64,000 nucleotides of DNA from Hyaloraphidium curvatum SAG 235-1 (Eukaryota; Fungi; Monoblepharomycota). Both the position numbers and the translations under genes were made by a program. This document shows positions 58,306 to 64,000 of the stretch, in pieces. Within the stretch, counting starts at the first letter, position 1; every line of letters begins with the position of its first letter. Location: assembly GCA_025558095.1 (NCBI GenBank), contig JAIVFI010000020.1, forward strand, positions 496,001 to 560,000, written 5' to 3'. Under the pieces are notes generated by a model. That model worked only from the letters and a program-made list of their open reading frames with translations, did no database searches and was not told where the DNA came from.

Positions 58306-58576
58306 CGGCATGCAGGGCACCAAATCGAGCCGAGCAATTGGTTCTTCGATGTTCTATTGTCCGTCGCGTCGCACCAGCGAATTGCTCCCCTGTTTAGCGC
58401 TCGGGTGGCAAAGGAAGTGCTTGCGTTGTGGAAGGGTCCGACACAGCCCTCGGCGTCCCGGCGTAAGCGAATTCGCCGCTTGCGTCTCCCGCGCGCACGG
58501 GCTCAGCGCGCGCTGCCGATACAAAGCCGACGCGGTCCCTCACGGGGAGAAACCAAAGACAGACGCACTCCCCGAA

Positions 58577-59202
58577 ATGGCCGTGATCAAGGACTACAAC
58601 CCCTACGAAGACGACGGCGCCGGGCCCGCGGTCCCCCCGCCGCCCTATCCCGTCCCGCCGGCGTACACCGCATCCTCCGGCACCCTCCCGCCCCCCGCCA
58701 CCCCCGCTTCTCCCATCCCCGACGCCGCCGTCCGCCCGGCCGGGCAGTACTGGGCGGTCGTCCCCACCTCCGCCCCCCCGGCGCCGGTGCACGGCAAGAA
58801 CGGGTACGAGGTGCTCGAGCCCCACCACCACGCGCATGGCGGATGCAGGGCGCGGCGGGAGGCGAGGAAGCTGAAGCGCACGGTCGCGTGCACGAGGTTG
58901 GTCCCGAGAGCGCGCTCCTCGCGTCCCCGAACGAGGCTGATCGATGGAGCAGCTGCGGAGCGCGCAACGCGCCCCCCGTCCCGCACCTCGGCGTCACCGT
59001 CGCCGCAAGTGCGCTGCTTTTCGCGGTGTTCTGGCCGCTGGGATTCGTCCCCCTCGCCGTGCACGCGGGGTGCAAGACGGCCGCGCGGAGGAAGCTCAAG
59101 AAGGGGGAGGCCAGGTGCGGAGGTTGCGGGGAAGTGCTGCCCGTTCCCGAGGGGTGGCAGGGCGGTGGTGGGAGGTGCGGGAGGAGGAGGGGGGGTTGCT
59201 GA
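58577..59202 (+). CDS. Pro-rich membrane protein, BRI3/DUF2367-like
   Basis: PPPY and PPAY motifs, CxxC assembled across an intron, hydrophobic LLFAVFWPLGFV, terminal CGGCG. Confidence 0.6.
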
Positions 59203-59262
59203 TGTGTCCATTCCGTTTGCTTTCTTGCGCGATAAATGGTTTGCCAAGATCCTTGTCTTCAG

Positions 59263-60810
59263 TTAGTTGCCCTTGCCCTTGTTCGCCGCCCCCGCGGTCG
59301 CCATCTTCGTCAGCGTCTTTGTCCTCCTCGCCACCGGGCTCTCGTTCCGCGCGCTCGCAGGCGTCCCCACCGACGACCGGAACCCCGGCGTCCCGGGCGA
59401 CCTGAACCCCGGCGTGCCCGGCGCCGACCTCGCGGGCGTGTGCACCGGCGCCGCGTCGCCCTCGTCGGCGGGACGGGAGGTGCCTTCCAGGTACATGTGC
59501 AGCACCTCGTCGGGGGCGTCCGCGTGCGGGATTCCTTCCACGGTTTCGAGCTGCGCGAGGCGGAGGAGGTGCTCGAGCTGGGAGAGCGAGGCGCCGGGGA
59601 CGAGCCCGGGAGGAGGGGCCGCCCGATGTTCGTGTGTGGGCTCCTCATCGTCCGAGGAAGAGCCGGAAGAGGAGTCCTCGCTGTCCTCTGCACCGCGGTA
59701 CTCGCCGAGCGCGACCCAGGTGCTCTTGCCCGCGCCATTCGCGCCACCTCCCAGCGAGTCGAACTTGGCGAGCAGCACCGGGTCCCCCTTTTCCTCGTCA
59801 AGGTTGAGCAGCGCCGAGCTGGTGGCCAAATGCAGCTTCTGCAGGTCCGACAGGGGCAGCTCCATCGCCTCGCCCGGTTCCGGAACGTCCGTGTCGAATC
59901 CGACCTTGCCGTGCGGGCCCTCGTGTGCCCGGCCATCGTCGCGGTCCTCCACAATCCTGACGCCAAAGTCGATCGCCGGCTCCCCCGACGGGCGCCTCCA
60001 GCGCCGCCAGAGCGACACCTCGCAGCGGGGGAACTTTTCCTGCCACGTCCACGGTTTCGACACGGGCCCGGGCGTCCCCGAGGGTGCCGTCGGCCTCGCG
60101 TGCGCCTCGAACAGCACGTACATGGCGCATTCGTACCGCGCAGCGCGCTTCCACTCGCCCTCGGGGGCGTCCGACGCCGCCACGAGGTCCCGCGATGCCT
60201 TCAGCGTGCGCGACAGCGACACGCCCTGCGGAACCCCCGCCGAGATCGACAGGCCCGACGCGGCGATGTTGAGTTGCAGCAGCGGGACCAGCGCGTCCAG
60301 GTCCGCCAGCAGCGGCGGAATCATGTCCAACACCTCGTCCAGCTCGTCGCTGCCCTCCCGCGACGCGCTGTCGGCGGCCAGCGCGGCATCGGCGCGGGCG
60401 GCCAGCGCCTCGACCTCGTCGCGCGTGCGGCGGATCATCGAGACCACGGGGCCGAGCAGCGTGTTGCCCCGGGCGGCGGCGATCTCGAGCAGGCCGGCGG
60501 CGGGCGCGATCGAGTTGAGGGTAACGGCCAGGCGCGTCTGAAGGCGGTTGAAATCCCGGATCCGCGGGTCCGAGTCGGCCGGCGCGTTCTTCGACGGCGT
60601 GCTCCTCGAGTCCGACGAGTTGGGCCGCGAGCTGCCGCGCGACGGGCCCGCCTGCGCGTCGCCGGACGCGTTGCGCGACGAGGCCAGCGACGCGGAGTAG
60701 GCCGCGAGCCGGCCGACGCCGAACGACACCAGCGCGCCGAATGCGCTCTTGGACGCGACGGCGATCATTTCCACGGGCAGGGCGGCCATCATCGCGTCGA
60801 AGGACTCCAT
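59263..60810 (-). CDS. YRB30: RanGTP-binding protein Yrb30
   Basis: IAPA..LLEIAAARGNT, VPLLQL.I..SG, S.SR.LKAS, WQE, EDRDDGR.H, LSQLE.LLRLA.LE, PDEVL. Confidence 0.8.
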   Translation of the reverse strand: MESFDAMMAALPVEMIAVASKSAFGALVSFGVGRLAAYSASLASSRNASGDAQAGPSRGSSRPNSSDSRSTPSKNAPADSDPRIRDFNRLQTRLAVTLNSIAPAAGLLEIAAARGNTLLGPVVSMIRRTRDEVEALAARADAALAADSASREGSDELDEVLDMIPPLLADLDALVPLLQLNIAASGLSISAGVPQGVSLSRTLKASRDLVAASDAPEGEWKRAARYECAMYVLFEAHARPTAPSGTPGPVSKPWTWQEKFPRCEVSLWRRWRRPSGEPAIDFGVRIVEDRDDGRAHEGPHGKVGFDTDVPEPGEAMELPLSDLQKLHLATSSALLNLDEEKGDPVLLAKFDSLGGGANGAGKSTWVALGEYRGAEDSEDSSSGSSSDDEEPTHEHRAAPPPGLVPGASLSQLEHLLRLAQLETVEGIPHADAPDEVLHMYLEGTSRPADEGDAAPVHTPARSAPGTPGFRSPGTPGFRSSVGTPASARNESPVARRTKTLTKMATAGAANKGKGN

Positions 60811-61024
60811 CTTGGGTTCCTCGTTGGAGGTGTGAGGGGACCGCAATCCCGCCGCACCCTGCAACAGTCGGTCGATTCAAGAAATGGTCGTTGGAGGGTA
60901 ACGGGACCACAATCCCGCCGCACTCTGCGCAGTTGGTCACAGCTTCGTGAAATAGCGATCAAAGCCTTCGAAAGGCAGCCAGGACAAGGCTACGACTGGT
61001 GAAGTCGCATTTAAGATAGATATC

Positions 61025-61998
61025 TCATCGCCAGATGGGACGCGTCAGGCACGTCGGCCCGCCCTCGGCCTTGAGGCTCACTTCGTCCCCCTTGTACGTC
61101 CTCACCCGCACCCCCATTTCCCTCAGCCTCCCCTCCGTCACGGGGTTGCCCCGCAGCATCACGCACACTTCGGGACTCAACGCGAGCACGTTCGTCCCCT
61201 GCGTCTCCAGGAACTCCTTCTCGGGGACCTCGACGAGGGCGATGCCCCGCGCGCGGAGGAGCTTGTGGAAGGCGACGGGGACCAAAGGGGGGTAGACGAC
61301 GGCGAGGGCGGGGGAGACGAGGGAGACGACGGAGAGCAGGTGCAGGCAGGCTTGCGGGCCGGTGAAGTAGCTGGAAGGCGGCGGGACGTCAGCAGTTGCG
61401 GGCAGGGGATGCCGTTTGCCGCCCACGGGAGGTCGAAGGACAGCACGTCCACGTCCAGCATCGCCCTGTCCAGGATCTTCTTCAGGCAGGCAAGACCCTC
61501 GCGGTTCGTCCGGAAGCCGATCCCGACGCAGAGCGTCCTTTCGTCCAGCCACAGCGTGTCCCCGGCCTCCATCGTCGGCTCCTCCCCCTGGCCGTCCCAC
61601 CCGTCCTCCAACCGCCCAAGAATGGGCACCCCGTGCCTTTCCAGCGTGGCTCTGAGCAGGTCCGGCTCCCCGCGGCGGAGCTCCTTCCCCATGCGGAGCA
61701 GGATGGCGCCCTCGCGCGTGACGAGGACGGGGTCGTGCACGAACACCGAGTCGGCCAGCAGCCCCCCGTCGTCCGCGTCGCAAACGACAATGTCGCAGGA
61801 GGGCAGTTCCTCGCGGATGATGGCGACGAACGCGTCGTGTTCGCGCTGCGCTTCGTCCAATTTGATCGGGGCGGCGTAGTGCCACTTTTCGGGGTCCGCG
61901 GCGCCCATCGAGGCGGCCGGGCGGCGAACCATGATGGATTTGATGGGAGCAAAGGAGTTCTGCGCGCCATAGGCGACAGACGCGGGCGGCGAGGCCAT
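61025..61998 (-). CDS. Amidinotransferase / dimethylarginine dimethylaminohydrolase-like
   Basis: AQREHDAF, DSVFVHDP, RRGE, EAGD, GFRTN, LHLLS, NVLAL, KAEGGPTCLTRP; one intron at about 61371-61426. Confidence 0.88.
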
Positions 61999-62070
61999 TT
62001 CCTCGTGTTCTCGCGATCGACGCGGTCTTTACTGGCAGGGACCGTGGTCCCCCTGCCTCCACCTCCCACA

Positions 62071-63063
62071 ATGCAGGCCGACGGCGCGCCCGGACCGCCG
62101 CCGCTGCTAACTCCCCGGCTGTCTCTGCGGCGATGGACGGACGCCGACGTGCCCGATTTGGTGGACGTCGACGACGACGCGCGGTGGCGCGAACGGGACC
62201 CGCGGGACGACCCCACGCTGGTGATCCGCGACCGCGCTTCGGGCGCGTTCCTCGGCTGGATATCCCTCGCGCCCTTCCCTCCGCGGCCGGGCCAGTGGGA
62301 ACTCGGGTTCCGCCTGCGGGAGGAGCACTGGGGCAGGGGATACGCGACCGAGGCGGGCGGGGCCGTGCTGCGGTGGGCGTGGACGCGTCCCGAGATCGAC
62401 GCCGTGTTCGGGGTCCACGACCCCGGCAACCCGGCGTGCAGGAGGGTGATGCTAAAGCTGGGCATGGCGGACGGCGAGGGGCTCGTCGAGTACCCCGGCG
62501 AGGACTTTGGAACGTTTCCGTACTGCGTGATTTCGAGGGAGGCGGCGCTCGCACGGACTGCTGCTGGCATGCTGGATGGACAGCCAGGCGCTGCAACCGA
62601 TTCCCAAAACGAGGGACGCCCGCGCGTCTGCAGCGTCGCCGCCGCACCCCTTTCGCCTTCCAGGCCAACGGCCCTCCGCCCCGAAAAGTTCGCCGGCCGC
62701 ACCGAACGCCGCCTCGCCGCGCACCTTGGCCTCACCCAGTTCGGCGCCAACGCCGTGGACCTCGCCCCCGGCGCGTGGTCCTCCCTCGCGCACTGGCACG
62801 AACGGGAGGACGAGTTCGCTCTCGTCCTGGCCGGGACGGTGGTGCTCGTTGACGGGTCGGGGGAGAGGACGCTGCGGGCCGGGGACTGCGCGGGGTTCCC
62901 GGCGGGCCTGGCGTCTCCGCACAGGTTCGAGAACAGGGCGGGGAAGGGGGCGAGGCTGCTGGTGGTCGGGACGAGGCACAGGGGGAGGGAGGTGATACAT
63001 TACCCGGAGGACTTTGCGGAGCCGGTCGTGGTGCTCAGGGACGGGGAGGGCAGGCGGATCTAG
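62071..63063 (+). CDS. RimJ/RimL-type GNAT acetyltransferase fused to a cupin domain
   Basis: TPRLSLRRW, ELGFRL..HWGRGYATEA, N.AC.RVMLKLGM, then in frame LGLTQFGAN..LAPGAWSS..HWHEREDEF...GDCAGFPAG...H. Confidence 0.78.
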   Translation: MQADGAPGPPPLLTPRLSLRRWTDADVPDLVDVDDDARWRERDPRDDPTLVIRDRASGAFLGWISLAPFPPRPGQWELGFRLREEHWGRGYATEAGGAVLRWAWTRPEIDAVFGVHDPGNPACRRVMLKLGMADGEGLVEYPGEDFGTFPYCVISREAALARTAAGMLDGQPGAATDSQNEGRPRVCSVAAAPLSPSRPTALRPEKFAGRTERRLAAHLGLTQFGANAVDLAPGAWSSLAHWHEREDEFALVLAGTVVLVDGSGERTLRAGDCAGFPAGLASPHRFENRAGKGARLLVVGTRHRGREVIHYPEDFAEPVVVLRDGEGRRI

Positions 63064-63117
63064 TTGTTGAGCAGGCTTTCTTTGTCAGCAAGTGTGAAAT
63101 GTCTTTGCAACACGGTA

Positions 63118-63933
63118 TCAGAAGATGCCATCGATGAACGGGATCACGGCCTCGAGGAAGGCGTCCGGGTCCTCGGCGAACACGCAGTGCCCCGTCGCGA
63201 GCTCGGCGTACTCGGCGCCGGGCATCGCCGCGCGCGCCTGCGCCCCGTCGGACTTGGGGGCAATCACGGGATCGTACTTCCCAAAGACGAGCAGGGTCTT
63301 TGCCGTGATCGCCTTTGCGACATCCCGCACGTCGTTGGAGGGCTCCGCGAACGCGCGCCACGCAGCCCGGACGGCGGTGACGACCTCGGGCGCCGAGTGC
63401 TGCTCCTTGTACCGCAGCAGCAGCTCCTGGGCGTACTTGCCCTCCTGCTTCTTGGTGCAGAACCAGCCGAACGTGGCCGGCGACGGCGCGAGCGGCGACG
63501 CCATGAGCCTGCAGAAGGCCCGCGTCGCGAAGCCGTGGTCCGTGAACCCCCCCGGCGACACAAGGACGAGCCCCCTGACCCTGCCGGGCTCCTCGGCCGC
63601 GAGCCGCACCGCCGCGTTGGCGCCCAACGAGTTGCCGACGAGCACGGTGGGCGGCTGCGCCGTCTCGCGGACGAAGGCGCGGAGCACCGCCGCCGCGAGC
63701 TCCGGGCCCGCTTTGCCCGGGTCCGCCAAGGTGCCCTCGCCGTAGCCCGGGAACGCGAGCAGCACCACGCGGTACCGCGCGGCGAGGCGCCGGAGCACGC
63801 CGTCAAAGTCGCGGGGCGACCCGGGGTTGGCGTGCAGCAGGATGAGCGTCTTTTCGGCCGACGGGGGCCCGTGCACGGCGAAGCGGACCTCCTGGCCGCC
63901 CAGCGCGGCGAGCTTGACGGTCTGCTCGGTCAT
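63118..63933 (-). CDS. Alpha/beta hydrolase, intronless
   Basis: LLHANPG, FPGYG, GNSLG, LVSPGGF, FGKYDPVI, TGHCVFAEDP. Confidence 0.88.
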   Translation of the reverse strand: MTEQTVKLAALGGQEVRFAVHGPPSAEKTLILLHANPGSPRDFDGVLRRLAARYRVVLLAFPGYGEGTLADPGKAGPELAAAVLRAFVRETAQPPTVLVGNSLGANAAVRLAAEEPGRVRGLVLVSPGGFTDHGFATRAFCRLMASPLAPSPATFGWFCTKKQEGKYAQELLLRYKEQHSAPEVVTAVRAAWRAFAEPSNDVRDVAKAITAKTLLVFGKYDPVIAPKSDGAQARAAMPGAEYAELATGHCVFAEDPDAFLEAVIPFIDGIF

Positions 63934-64000
63934 GGTGCCGACCTGTTTGGCGAGCAGCTTCGGCCGGCCAAATGGGCGATAAAACTTGTGCGGCGAGACC

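Noticed and set aside
55392-64000. Bacterial contamination or operon
   Set aside because: Spliceosomal introns, mixed strands and interspersed eukaryote-specific genes.

Overview
GC-rich, gene-dense eukaryotic DNA with about 38 genes or gene remnants and many short GT-AG introns (about 45-120 nt, often with a GCTGAC-like branch point). The mix of fungal-type genes (YRB30, ATG22, SCT1/GPT2, 161-aa tropomyosin core) and genes retained from the opisthokont ancestor (CDK10, BRI3-like) suggests an early-diverging fungus (chytrid/monoblepharid-like); this is inference. The first 25 kb is housekeeping: NOP14, UTP6, YDJ1, PKA-R, cPLA2-like, eIF2B-delta, RPN7, CDK10, SGF29, an SLC25 carrier, MOD5, SQR and GPAT. 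The 25-48 kb region is accessory, with a kinase pseudogene, secreted Cys-rich proteins, and two intronless coiled-coil/F-box/LRR paralogs, each next to a SLIP-GC-like GTPase gene or remnant. The 55-64 kb region is rich in intron-poor, bacterial-looking enzymes. The top finding is a tropomyosin gene with three tandem 114-nt phase-0 cassette exons. Its core is exactly 161 aa, so exon choice could give 161, 199, 237 or 275-aa isoforms in steps of one actin-binding period. All family assignments come from motif recognition by eye, not database searches. No rRNA, tRNA, CRISPR array or transposase was recognised.
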